Source of the DNA: Chrysomallon squamiferum | Lineage: Eukaryota; Animalia; Mollusca | Assembly (NCBI GenBank): GCA_012295275.1 | Contig: CM022677.1 | Span: 26,970,001 to 27,034,000 of the forward strand | DNA length: 64,000 nucleotides | Reading direction: 5' to 3' | Shown: in pieces, positions 28,809 through 37,889 of the stretch | Position numbering within the stretch: the first letter of the stretch is position 1 | How the letters are laid out: each line of letters opens with the position of its first letter | Made by a program: the position numbers and the translations under genes | The notes under the pieces: model-generated | Seen by the model: only the letters and a program-made list of their open reading frames with translations | What the model was told of the DNA's origin: nothing | Databases searched by the model: none

Positions 28809-30721
28809 ATTTAATCACATCTTTGGATAAATATTAACATAAGTATAGCAACACAGACAAAACCGACACTCTCTCTCACACACACACACACACACACAAA
28901 CACAAAGCATGCATGCACACATACACACCAACACTCAGCTTTGTAGATACATACATACCAAACAAACATCCACACTTAATAAATCAGTATGTTTGGTCTT
29001 TTTCAGTTTGATTCCTGTTAAATTCTTAATTATAATTTTTTCTTTATATTTTTGTTCTTCCTTTATTTTCGGTCAATGGTGTTTCATCTTTTTCAGGTTG
29101 ATTTCTGTTAATTGTTTTATTATTATTTTTGTTTTATATTGTTTTTCTTTCTTTATTTTCAGTCAGTGGTGTTTGGTCTTTTTCAGATTGATTTCTGTTA
29201 ATTGTTTTATTATTATTTTTGTTTTATATTGTTTTTCTTTCTTTATTTTCAGTCAGTGGTGTTTGGTCTTTTTCAGTTTGATTTCTGTTAATTGTTTTAT
29301 TATTATTTTTGTTTTATATTGTTTTTCTTTCTTTATTTTCAGTCAGTGGAGTTTGGTCTTTTTCAGTTTGATTTCTAATTGTTTTATTATTATTTTTGTT
29401 TTATATTGTTTTTCTTTCTTTATTTTTGGTCAGTCAATTGTTTTATTTTTTTTTGGTCTTTTATTTATTTTCAGTTTGATTTCTAATTGTTTTATTATTA
29501 TTTCTGTTTTATATTGTTTTTCTTTCTTTATTTTCAGTCAATGGTGTTTGGTCTGTTTCAGTTTGATTTCTAATTGTTTTATTATTATTTTTGTTTTTTA
29601 TTGTTTTTCTTTCTTTATTTTCAGTCAATGGTGTTTGGTCTTTTTCAGTTTGATTTCTAATTGTTTTATTATTATTTTTGTTTTATATTGTTTTTCTTTC
29701 TTTATTTTCAGTCAATGGTGTTTGGTCTTTTTCAGTTTGATTTCTAATTGTTTTATTTTTATTTCTGTTTTATATTGTTTTTCTTTCTTTATTTTCAGTC
29801 AATGGTGTTTGGTCTTTTTCAGTTTGATTTCTAATTGTTTTATTTTTATTTTTGTTTTATATTGTTTTTCTTTCTTTATTTTCAGTCAATGGTGTTTGGT
29901 CTTTTTCAGTTTGATTTCTAATTGTTTTATTTTTATTTTTGTTTTATATATTTTTCTTTCTTTATTTTCAGTCAATGGTATTTGGTCCTCCCCTCACATA
30001 ATCAAGGAGCAGTGTCCACAAATAACATGTGGTGATACTTACGCTTATCGTTTTTACGTTAGGCAGTGCAACCCTAAACCAAACTTCTTAGGACATACCT
30101 GTCCAGGCAAGGCAACCTGGTCCAAAAGAGTCAAATGCTTTCACAAAATTAGGAAATGTCCAAGTAAGGAAATTTAAAAAACCCATTGAGATAAAGAAAA
30201 ACAGTTTTTAAGCAATACAGAAAACATATCATTACATAGTTGATGTTTTTTTGTGCATGCAGCATAGTAATAAAATGAGCAGATAAACCTTGTTTTGTTT
30301 AAAAAATATGAAAGTTTTGTGTAAAACAAATTTGTTTTCTAATGGCGGTGAAATTAAGAAATAACCAAATATATTTGTAGTATTTTTATAACATTTAAAA
30401 AAACTCATTATGAGTTGTTCTGAGTATCATTGTAACAGATAACAGAGTAATGAAAAATAGTCTGTGCTGCTCTTTATTTATAATTTAATTTTTACAATTC
30501 TTTTCAAGTTCATTTTTTAACAGACTCGTGTCTTTGCTTTTTAGTTGCTGGAGGTTGGAGTGCATGGAAGTTTGTGCTGACTACTCCATGCTCTACAAAA
30601 TGTGGAAAAGGAATAATAAAGGATTATTACCGAAGAAATTGTAATAACCCAGTTCCAGAAAACAAAGATGTCGACTGCAAAGGAAAACAGGACAAATTTA
30701 CTGCAAAGGAATGTGAGCATT
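13..30721 (+). CDS. Multi-exon gene (5' end outside window) encoding at least 31 tandem thrombospondin type-1 repeats; hemicentin/properdin/SCO-spondin-like TSR array
   Basis: 31 open AG..GT-bounded exons, all phase 1-1, each reading (V)xGxWxxW-x7-CSxTCGxG-x5-(Y/F)xRxCxNPxPxxxGxxCxG-x9-C-x5-CP. Confidence 0.93.
1672..1863 (+). CDS. TSR exon 2 (192 nt)
   Basis: ccag|VNGGWGLW..CSHTCG..TKCP|gtaaa. Confidence 0.9.
2278..2469 (+). CDS. TSR exon 3 (192 nt)
   Basis: ttcag|VDGGWGAW..CSHKCG..IKCA|gtgag. Confidence 0.9.
2935..3116 (+). pseudogene. Degenerate TSR pseudo-exon
   Basis: taag|(V)CGKWGNWTIFKAGKCSVTCCSGIFNVTYKCLC..TCIGKSVNKDIQPCIMS*; 3' deletion, in-frame TGA, and the usual TGTCCTG|gt donor now reads TGTCCTG|aa. 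Confidence 0.8.
3364..3555 (+). CDS. TSR exon 4 (192 nt)
   Basis: tcag|VNGGWSLW..CSHTCG..INCP|gtaaa. Confidence 0.9.
3985..4176 (+). CDS. TSR exon 5 (192 nt)
   Basis: tcag|VDGGWGAW..CSHTCG..VKCL|gtaaa; near copy of exon 3. Confidence 0.9.
4617..4808 (+). CDS. TSR exon 6 (192 nt)
   Basis: ctag|VPGRWSTWTKDKVSKCSASCGLG..YRRQC..AYCM|gtaat; absent from the ORF track. Confidence 0.87.
4975..5530. repeat. Intronic minisatellite, about 75-bp unit, about 7 copies
   Basis: Repeating aaatactattattaaaatgatttctagac..tttaaattatatcttggcttattac; 25-aa periodicity in the spurious ORF. Confidence 0.9.
5552..5743 (+). CDS. TSR exon 7 (192 nt)
   Basis: ttag|VNGRWSSW..CSFTCG..IKCP|gtaat. Confidence 0.9.
6195..6386 (+). 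CDS. TSR exon 8 (192 nt)
   Basis: tcag|VHGGWGTW..CSVTCG..INCP|gtaaa. Confidence 0.9.
6420..7245 (+). repeat. Tandem array of splice-acceptor + TSR exon-start stubs
   Basis: Units of about 45-78 bp containing ttatttgcag-TCAGTGGTGAGTGGGGTATT, abutting the real acceptor of exon 9. Confidence 0.88.
7246..7437 (+). CDS. TSR exon 9 (192 nt)
   Basis: gcag|VSGGWGLW..CSVTCG..INCP|gtaaa. Confidence 0.9.
8114..8305 (+). CDS. TSR exon 10 (192 nt)
   Basis: acag|VNGGWGSW..CSVTCL..LFCP|gtgca. Confidence 0.88.
8811..9002 (+). CDS. TSR exon 11 (192 nt)
   Basis: tcag|VNGGWGIW..CSASCN..RKCP|gtaat. Confidence 0.9.
9488..9679 (+). CDS. TSR exon 12 (192 nt)
   Basis: tcag|VDGGWSTW..CTVTCG..IICP|gtaaa. Confidence 0.9.
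9780..10110. repeat. 30-bp minisatellite
   Basis: atcacacatcatctcattctaccctggtat repeated, decaying at the flanks. Confidence 0.8.
10701..10892 (+). CDS. TSR exon 13 (192 nt)
   Basis: tcag|VNGEWGSW..CNVTCG..LNCP|gtgaa. Confidence 0.9.
11238..11429 (+). CDS. TSR exon 14 (192 nt)
   Basis: aaag|VDGAWSVW..CSVTCL..LYCP|gtaag. Confidence 0.88.
11984..12175 (+). CDS. TSR exon 15 (192 nt)
   Basis: gtag|.NGNWGQW..CSASCG..LHCP|gtaag. Confidence 0.9.
12482..12673 (+). CDS. TSR exon 16 (192 nt)
   Basis: caag|VNGGWGIW..CSSTCV..VICK|gtttg. Confidence 0.86.
12980..13168 (+). CDS. TSR exon 17 (189 nt)
   Basis: caag|APGMWSAW..CTVTCG..ILCP|gtaag. Confidence 0.86.
13978..14169 (+). CDS. TSR exon 18 (192 nt)
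   Basis: tcag|.HGNWGAW..CEVTCG..VTCP|gtatg. Confidence 0.9.
14631..14822 (+). CDS. TSR exon 19 (192 nt)
   Basis: aaag|.DGAWSPW..CSVTCD..VKCP|gtaac. Confidence 0.88.
15529..15720 (+). CDS. TSR exon 20 (192 nt)
   Basis: ccag|VDGSWNSW..CSVTCD..RRCA|gtaat. Confidence 0.9.
16131..17464 (-). mobile_element. Decayed, internally deleted Ginger/GIN-like (Gypsy-type integrase) element in an intron
   Basis: - strand fragments KYPEDYSTNQKRT (17086-17268) and VHDDALPAGHF..KDMSDDCK..CEKCQQNNK..PKELTPV (16864-17076) match the integrase N-terminal H2C2 zinc-binding region; imperfect inverted ends tgtaaactggtg / cacctgtctaca (boundaries tentative). Confidence 0.62.
17572..17932 (+). pseudogene. Scrambled TSR exon (5' half duplicated, in-frame stop); real lesion or assembly error
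   Basis: Acceptor+VDGGWGNWxKTSQGTCSVTCKSGKH occurs at 17572 and 17700; intact 3' half VHFKRSCDNPKPENNGNPCPG..VTCP|gtaaa; 17700-17932 is 233 nt, 41 over the norm. Confidence 0.75.
18672..18863 (+). CDS. TSR exon 21 (192 nt)
   Basis: ctag|VDGGWSSW..CSVSCG..KSCP|gtaag. Confidence 0.9.
19428..19619 (+). CDS. TSR exon 22 (192 nt)
   Basis: ttag|.NGSWSSW..CSVTCG..THCP|gtaat. Confidence 0.9.
19617..19991 (+). repeat. 27-bp tandem repeat built on the exon-22 splice donor
   Basis: caggtaatcttcataattactgttata about 8 times, then a copy of the exon 3' end followed by about 4 caggcaat.. units. Confidence 0.9.
20585..20776 (+). CDS. TSR exon 23 (192 nt)
   Basis: gtag|VHGGWSSW..CSVTCG..KHCP|gtcag. Confidence 0.9.
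21297..21488 (+). CDS. TSR exon 24 (192 nt)
   Basis: gtag|VNGGWSHW..CSFTCG..IICP|gtatg. Confidence 0.9.
22885..23103 (+). repeat. Three acceptor + exon-start stubs of about 72 bp
   Basis: tag-taaatggaatcttgggttcatggactttt repeated before exon 25. Confidence 0.75.
23104..23295 (+). CDS. TSR exon 25 (192 nt)
   Basis: ttag|VNGGWGRW..CSVTCG..RGCP|gtaaa. Confidence 0.9.
23425..23835. repeat. Minisatellite of about 63 bp
   Basis: ataaataatatgagtgagtgcagactgaaagataaaagta..tttttatatcagtatt repeated. Confidence 0.8.
24717..24908 (+). CDS. TSR exon 26 (192 nt)
   Basis: tcag|VDGGWGIW..CSVTCG..TVCP|gtaac. Confidence 0.9.
25467..25658 (+). CDS. TSR exon 27 (192 nt)
   Basis: tcag|VNGRWSPW..CSVTCG..EHCP|gtaag. 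Confidence 0.9.
25700..27700. repeat. CA-rich compound minisatellite
   Basis: atacccacacactcagacacacaaacatatttcacacaca repeated for 2 kb. Confidence 0.92.
27820..28017 (+). CDS. TSR exon 28 (198 nt)
   Basis: tcag|.DGGWSEW..CSVTCG..VPCP|gtaga. Confidence 0.9.
28437..28631 (+). CDS. TSR exon 29 (195 nt)
   Basis: tcag|VNGNWGRW..CDHTCG..HNCP|gttag. Confidence 0.88.
28983..29971 (+). repeat. Tandem array of polypyrimidine tract + acceptor + exon-start stubs, unit about 87-90 bp
   Basis: ttctttctttattttcag-TCAATGGTGTTTGGTCTTTTTCAG about 11 times, abutting exon 30. Confidence 0.9.
29972..30163 (+). CDS. TSR exon 30 (192 nt, divergent)
   Basis: tcag|.NGIWSSPHIIKEQCPQITCG..RKCP|gtaag. Confidence 0.87.
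30545..30721 (+). CDS. TSR exon 31 (177 nt; only 5 Cys if the donor is used)
   Basis: ttag|.AGGWSAWKFVLTTPCSTKCG..KECEH|gtaag. Confidence 0.85.
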
Positions 30722-30944
30722 GTAAGTTAAAATTACATTGGTTTTGTACGGTTTAAACTTAGTAAGATAGCAATTAAAAAACAAAAACAAAAACTGAAGC
30801 AAAAGACATGCATAAATATATAGCTACAAACATACATATCTACATGTATACATATAAGAAAATGTGTTGCATTTCACAAAATGTGACAGAATATTCAATA
30901 TTAGAACCACATGAATCAGCAGAATTTCTTCTTTCTTATGACAG

Positions 30945-30973
30945 ATAATTACGGAACATCTATGAATTCTGTT
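30945..30973 (+). CDS. Possible 29-nt small exon (YNYGTSMNSV)
   Basis: ttctttcttatgacag|..gtt|gtaagt, in frame with exon 31; no homology support. Confidence 0.4.
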
Positions 30974-32220
30974 GTAAGTTATGAGATGATAAAGGCATTA
31001 GGAGTTAGAAACGTTAAAACACAGAAACCGGCTTTCAGAGTATTGGGTTTGTTTTTGTGTATTTACCTTAGTTACCATGGACACATTTTGATCAAATTTT
31101 GCCAACTAAAGATGTCATGATATTCTGCTAATATGAATATAATGTCTTTATTAGAACAAAAAGTGAATGTTCTCAAGGAAGTTTATGAATGAATTTTCAC
31201 CTCTTTACAGAATCACTGAATAACCTAATAATTAGTAGTCGCCAGCATCTTTAAGAAAAATCAAGAACGTGTACCACACTAAATCTATTGAGTGGACTGA
31301 TATAAAGATAATGAACTTATAATAGAAGTACCTGGTTATATAATTTGCCTGTATGGTAACAAAGGCTCAAATGTGCACAATATCTTTTTGATAATGGCAT
31401 TGAGAGAAAACATGACAAACATAATTTAAAAAAATTATTATTTTGTTTTAATGTCCACACTCTGCAGCAGCCAGTGTCTCTGTAACTGTGCTCTGTGTTA
31501 CACTGACTGACTCACATCAAGTGAGAGCCAGTGTTTGAAAGTTTTGTCACAGGAAATTACAGGGTTGGTGAGCACCTGATACAACAGAATATGTAAATAA
31601 GAATAATATTTTTTTGCTTGAATAGCCAGCAGTCCCCTGATTTAGAGCCATTAGAGTATATTTTAGATTACCTTAGTCAATGCACATCATGTCATCCACA
31701 AATGAAAAACCTCAGAGACTGAAACGTCTGCTCAGCAGTTCTGTACCTGAGAACACTGTTCACATGACTTACAGGTCAATCATCAGACACTGCTTGGCTT
31801 GTGTTGTTATCATTGTGAACCTGCAGGTCTTTCATATTAGATTAATTAAAGCTTAGCAATGACTGTTCATCTTTGTATGTATGTTGTCATTATCAGTTAA
31901 CTGTCTGTTGCTTATCACAACAAAAATATTTATTGCTTAGGTATTCTTTTTCAGATCCAAAATTTCTTGGTGGTGTGTTTTCAGTGGTAGGTAGATAGGT
32001 AGATAGGTAGGTAGGTAGATAGGTAGATAGGTAGGTAGGTAGGTAGACAGATAGATAGGTATGTCAGCACGTCAGGGTGATAGTAGCTACATAGATAGAT
32101 AGACAGCTACATAGATGTATAGATAGCTAGCTAACAGATAGTAATAGAAGATTAAAAATAGTAAATAATTAAATTCATAAATTTACTTATCAGTCTTGTC
32201 TTCTGTTTGTTTCCCTGAAG

Positions 32221-32420
32221 ACGTCGACTGTGGTCCACCAGACATACTTTTAATAACAGGCGTCATTCGCTACAAATCAACAAAATGTCACACTACTGTA
32301 AAAGTTCAGTGTAAACAATTTTTTCAATTCCTCGGTCCTAAGACAGTATCAACATGTCAGGAGAATGGTAAATGGTCACCAGTTGAAGGGCAGTGCAAAC
32401 AAGTAGAATGGAATAATAAG
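32221..32420 (+). CDS. Sushi/CCP domain exon (copy A)
   Basis: gaag|.VDCGPP..VKVQC..FQFLG..STCQENGKWSPVEGQCKQVEWNNK|gtata; CCP C..C..C..W..C pattern; paralogous to 49873-50069. Confidence 0.9.
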
Positions 32421-32485
32421 GTATAAACTGTTTTATTATTTCAGTTGGACACATACATAGACAGACAGGTTATATTCAGGTGTGG

Positions 32486-32569
<84 letters not shown>

Positions 32570-32684
32570 GATTACAAATATAACATCAATGACAGTGTAT
32601 ATTAATGTGACTTGGAGGAAGATTTAATTAACGTAAGTAAAGAGAAATAAACTTGGTCACTCTCCAGAAGAAGCTGTGTGGTAC

Positions 32685-35291
32685 AAGAAGTGATCAACAG
32701 AATTGTTAACAGTCACTGCTGTAGTCAGTGTAACACAAACAATCAACATCAGTTGTCTTGATGATACTTCACAAGAAGTGATCAACAGAATTGTTAACAG
32801 TCACTGCTGTAGTCAGTGTAACACAAACAATCAACATCAGTTGTCTTGATGATACTTCACAAGAAGTGATCAACAGAATTGTTAACAGTCACTGCTGTAG
32901 TCAGTGTAACACAAACAATCAACATCAGTTGTCTTGATGATACTTCACAAGAAGTGATCAACAGAATTGTTAACAGTCACTGCTGTAGTCAGTGTAACAC
33001 AAACAATCAACATCAGTCAGTGAAGTGATCAACACAAACAATCAACATCAGTTGTCTTGATGATACTTCACAAGAAGTGATCAACAGAATTGTTAACAGT
33101 CACTGCTGCCTTCCCCTGTAGTCAGTGAAACAACACAAACAATCAACATCAGTTGTTGTTAACTTGATGATACTTAACAAGAACATCAGTTGTCTTGATG
33201 ATACTTCAGAAGTGATCAACAGAATTGTTAACAGTCACTGCTGCCTTCCCCTGTAGTCAGTGAAACACAAACAATCAACATCAGTTGTCTTGATGATACT
33301 TCACAAGAAGTGATCAACAGAATTGAACAGTCACTGATCAAAACAATCAACAATGTCTTGATGATAACAGTCAACAGAATTGTTAACAGTCACTGCTGCC
33401 TTCACAAACAATCAACATCAGTTGTAGTCAGTGAAACACAAACAAAACAATCAACATCAGTTGTCTTGATGATACTTCACAAGAAGTGATCAACAGAATT
33501 GTTAACAGTCACTGCTGTAGTCAGTGAAACACAAACAATTACTTCCAACAGAATTGTTAACAGTCACTGCTGTAGTCAGTGAAACACAAACAATCAACAT
33601 CAGTTGTCTTGATGATACTTCACAAGAAGTGATCAACAGAATTGTTAACAGTCACTGCTGCCTTCCCCTGTAAGTGAAACACAAACAATCAACATCAGTT
33701 GTCTTGATGATACTTCACAAGAAGTGATCAACAGAATTGTTAACAGTCACTGCTGCCTAGTCCCAAACAATCAACATCAGTGTCTTGATGATACTTCACA
33801 AGAAGTGATCAACAGAATTGTTAACAGTCACTGCTGTAGTCAGTGTAACACAAACAATCAACATCAGTTGTCTTGATGATACTTCACAAGAAGTGATCAA
33901 CAGAATTGTTAACAGTCACTGCTGCCTTCCCAGTCACTGTAAGTGAAACACAAACAATCAACATCAGTTGTCTTGATGATACTTCACAAGAAGTGATCAA
34001 CAGAATTGTTAACAGTCACTGCTGTAGTCAGTGTAACACAAACAATCAACATCAGTTTCTTGATGATACTTCACAAGAAGTGATCAACAGAATTGTTAAC
34101 AGTCACTGCTGCCTTCCCCTGTAAGTGAAACACAAACAATCAACATCAGTTGTCTTGATGATACTTCACAAGAAGTGATCAACAGAATTGTTAACAGTCA
34201 CTGCTGCCTTCCCCTGTAAGTGAAACACAAACAATCAACATCAGTTGTCTTGATGATACTTCACAAGAAGTGATCAACAGAATTGTTAACAGTCACTGCT
34301 GCCTTCCCCTGTAAGTGAAACACAAACAATCAACATCAGTGAAACACAAACAATCACAAACAATCAACATCAGTTGTCTTGATGATACTTCACAAGAAGT
34401 GATCAACAGAATTGTTAACAGTCACTGCTGCCTTCCCCTGTAAGTCAACATCAGTTGTCTTGATGATACTTCCCAAGAAGTGATCAACAGAATTGTTAAC
34501 AGTCAAATTCAATCAAACAATCAACATCAGTTGTCTTGATGATACTTCACAAGAAGTGATCAACAGAATTGTTAACAGTCACTGCTGCCTTCCCCTGTAG
34601 TCAGTGAAACACAAACAATCAACATCAGTTGTCTTGATGATACTTCACAAGAAGTGATCAACAGAATTGTTAACAGTCACTGCTGCCTTCCCCTGTAAGT
34701 GAAACACAAACAATCAACATCAGTTGTCTTGATGATACTTCACAAGAAGTGATCAACAGAATTGTTAACAGTCACTGCTGTAGTCAGTGTAACACAAACA
34801 ATCAACATCAGTTGTCTTGATGATACTTCACGAGAAGTGATCAACAGAATTGTTAACAGTCACTGCTGCCTTCCCCTGTAAGTGAAACACAAACAATCAA
34901 CATCAGTTGTCTTGATGATACTTCACAAGAAGTGATCAACAGAATTGTTAACAGTCACTGCTGTATTCAGTGAAACACAAACAATCAACATCAGTTGTCT
35001 TGATGATACTTCACAAGAAGTGATCAACAGAATTGTTAACAGTCACTGCTGCCTTCCCCTGTAAGTGAAACACAAACAATCAACATCAGTTGTCTTGATG
35101 ATACTTCACAAGAAGTGATCAACAGAATTGTTAACAGTCACTGCTGTAGTCAGTGTAACACAAACAATCAACATCAGTTGTCTTGATGATACTTCACGAG
35201 AAGTGATCAACAGAATTGTTAACAGTCACTGCTGCCTTCCCCTGTAAGTGAAACACAAACAATCAACATCAGTTGGCTTGATGATACTTCA
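32685..35291. repeat. Intronic minisatellite, unit about 87-93 bp, 2.6 kb
   Basis: acaagaagtgatcaacagaattgttaacagtcactgctg..acacaaacaatcaacatcagttgtcttgatgatacttc. Confidence 0.93.
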
Positions 35292-35488
35292 GTCAAACAA
35301 AAGATTATGCTGCATTTTGTGTTTTTGTTGAATATATGTGTGTGTTTGTGTGTATGTATGTATGTATGTATGTATGTATGTATGTATGTATGTATGTATG
35401 TATGTATGTATGTATGTATGCATGCATGTATGTATGTATATGTATGTATATATGTATGTTTATATATCTGTATTAAAACTGTTTACAG

Positions 35489-35577
35489 AGAACACCTTTT
35501 CTAGTGTATATACCATACCAAATCAGTGAGGGCTGGAAGATGATTTTTAAGGGAATTCCAAAATATTATTTCAAACA
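35489..35577 (+). CDS. Galectin-like domain exon 1 (copy A)
   Basis: acag|RTPFLVYIPYQISEGWKMIFKGIPKYYFK|gtaag; phase 0-2, same 89-nt length as the paralogue at 47564-47652. Confidence 0.85.
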
Positions 35578-36140
35578 GTAAGAATTTATTTAATACTCAT
35601 ACAGTAATATTATTTCTTTCTGTGAGTATGTGTGTGTTTGTGTGTGTATGTGTGTTTATGTGTGTGTGTGAGTGTGTATGTATGTATGTATGTATGTATG
35701 TATGTATGTATGTATGTACACATATATGTATATATGATTTTATTTATACATGGAAAAGCAGTATACTTATGTTTTGCTTGACATTCACTCAAACTGGAGA
35801 CAATCTATTTCCTTTTGTATCATTTCTATTCTACAACTAAATTATATTTACATGAAAATGACAGGAGTAACCAATATGTTATTCAGACACCATTAGTAAT
35901 AATGTTGTTATTAGTACTAACATCAGAGATCCTACTACTACAATGGCTACTATTGCTTCTTTCACTGGTTTTGTTATTCTACTGCTTCCAGTACAACAGC
36001 TACTATGTATATGTGGTTTGTATGTGTTTGAATATATACATTAACAAACACATACATATCTATCTATCTGTATGTCTGTTTCTATCTACCTATCTTTTTA
36101 TTAGTCTGTATGTATTATAAGACAAACACATATACACACA

Positions 36141-36227
<87 letters not shown>

Positions 36228-36409
36228 ACACACTAAAATACTGATTCTATATATGTGTGTAAACAGAAAGGTAGAGTTGGAGGTAGATAAGTAGCAATAT
36301 GTTTGGAAGGATGGATGGATGGATGGATGATAGTTTTAATGCTGTATGATTATAATTGCATATGATTTGTTTTTTTTTTTTTTTTTCCTTCTGTTTTGTC
36401 TCATGATAG

Positions 36410-36608
36410 TTTCACACTGAACCTGTATGCTGGTAGGTTTATTCTTGCACATATGGATGTACGATATAGGTTTCAACAGAGAAGGACAGCTGTCTTCAAC
36501 TATTTTGGTCACCATGGGTGGAATCAAGAAGAGCATGTTAGCAACTTGCCTTTCGAACCTCAGATTCCCTTTGAATTAACTGTAACTTTCATTCGAGATG
36601 AGTTTCAA
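36410..36608 (+). CDS. Galectin-like domain exon 2 (copy A)
   Basis: atag|FTLNLYAGRFILAHMDVRY..AVFNY..GWNQEEH..LPFEPQIPFELTV..FQ|gtacg; galectin HxxxR/VxN/WxxE/PF..F motifs. Confidence 0.9.
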
Positions 36609-36885
36609 GTACGTGTGTGTGTGATAAATAGATGAAGAGATAAACACGGATACATATAGATAGATATATATAGATAGATACAGATATCTAAAGACAGATG
36701 GATATAGATAAATACATGTTTAACATACATATCTCTGTAAAATTACATTTGAGTTTTGTTTCTTGTATTGTATAGGTATGTCTGGTGTTGTGTTAGTGTT
36801 TAGTGTGTAATTATGTTCCATTTTGTGTTTTTCTTTCTGCTTTGATTTTTGAAATCTAATTTAATTTGTTCATTTTCCTTAATAG

Positions 36886-37017
36886 GTTCCTTTCTTCATA
36901 TTTGCTGTTAACGGCAGACGTATCTATGATGCCAAGTTGCATTCATCATTTAGAAATTTCAATAGAGTGAGGATCATGAATGATGTAAGAATTACAGAAC
37001 TGAAATTTGTATACTAA
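36886..37017 (+). CDS. Galectin-like domain terminal exon (copy A)
   Basis: atag|VPFFIFAVNGRRIYDAKLHSSFRNFNRVRIMNDVRITELKFVY*; AATAAA at 37072. Confidence 0.85.
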   Translation, partial: VPFFIFAVNGRRIYDAKLHSSFRNFNRVRIMNDVRITELKFVY

Positions 37018-37889
37018 GACATACATGCAATAATAGATCAATGTTCTTAATCTCAGTATCAATTGTTAACAAATAAATGGGCAGTTCCATGGTGACGTTA
37101 TATTCACAGGGGTTGGAAATCATCCAAATGAACCTGACTGCTAGAGCCAGGAAGTTAACCCTGAGTAAGAGACCTCCCTGTGTTCAAATATATTCTGTGT
37201 CACAGGGGAAAGACCTGAAATATGTATATGACTGAAGTTACATCAAAAGGACATGGTAAAAGTCAACTACTTTTCAGAATTGTCTGCAACCTTTAAATAT
37301 TGCAAGCATATATTTGCACTTGGAATGAAGATGAAATGGCTTTAGAAGATACCAGTTATAATGTCTTGAAAATAAAATGTGTAAGGAATTATTACATAAC
37401 TGTGTGTGACAGATTTTACATTTTGAAATAAAATAAAGTTTGCTGTCCACAGCAAGGAGTATCTGGTTCACTGTTATGATGAAAGCATTTTAATGCATGA
37501 ACAAAATCTTGGGTATAACAACGGGTATAACAACATAAACTTTCTTAGAGCGTTTAAAATTTTACACAGCCACTGAAGATAGACCAGTGTATCCATTGTC
37601 TTGCAACAACTTGGTAACTGTCATATAACTGGCAAGTTGAAACCAAAAACTAATCAATTATTAGCAATGTCACAGCCTGCAGCATTTTTAGAAAAAGTAG
37701 ATGATTTCATGTGGTTTCATATATCCTTCTATCTATCTATCTGTCTACACATCCATCTATGCATTCAATTCATCCATCTATCCATGTATCGAATCCATCT
37801 GTCTCTATCTCTCTGTGTATCTGTCTTTCTATCTATTTCTATCCTTCCATCCATAATCAAATCATCCATCCATCCATCCATCGAGATAT

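Noticed and set aside
28909-30177. 422-aa hydrophobic ORF resembling a membrane protein
   Set aside because: T-rich acceptor repeat array read in a stop-free frame; only 29972-30163 is coding
13-30721. Assigning a gene symbol such as HMCN1, SSPO or CFP
   Set aside because: No Ig, vWD, LDLa or EGF exons are visible, the TSR spacing is atypical and the 5' end is outside the window
32685-35291. CRISPR-like regular array (also 51138-51748 and 61940-63678)
   Set aside because: Head-to-tail units with no unique spacers, no cas genes, and an intron-rich eukaryotic context
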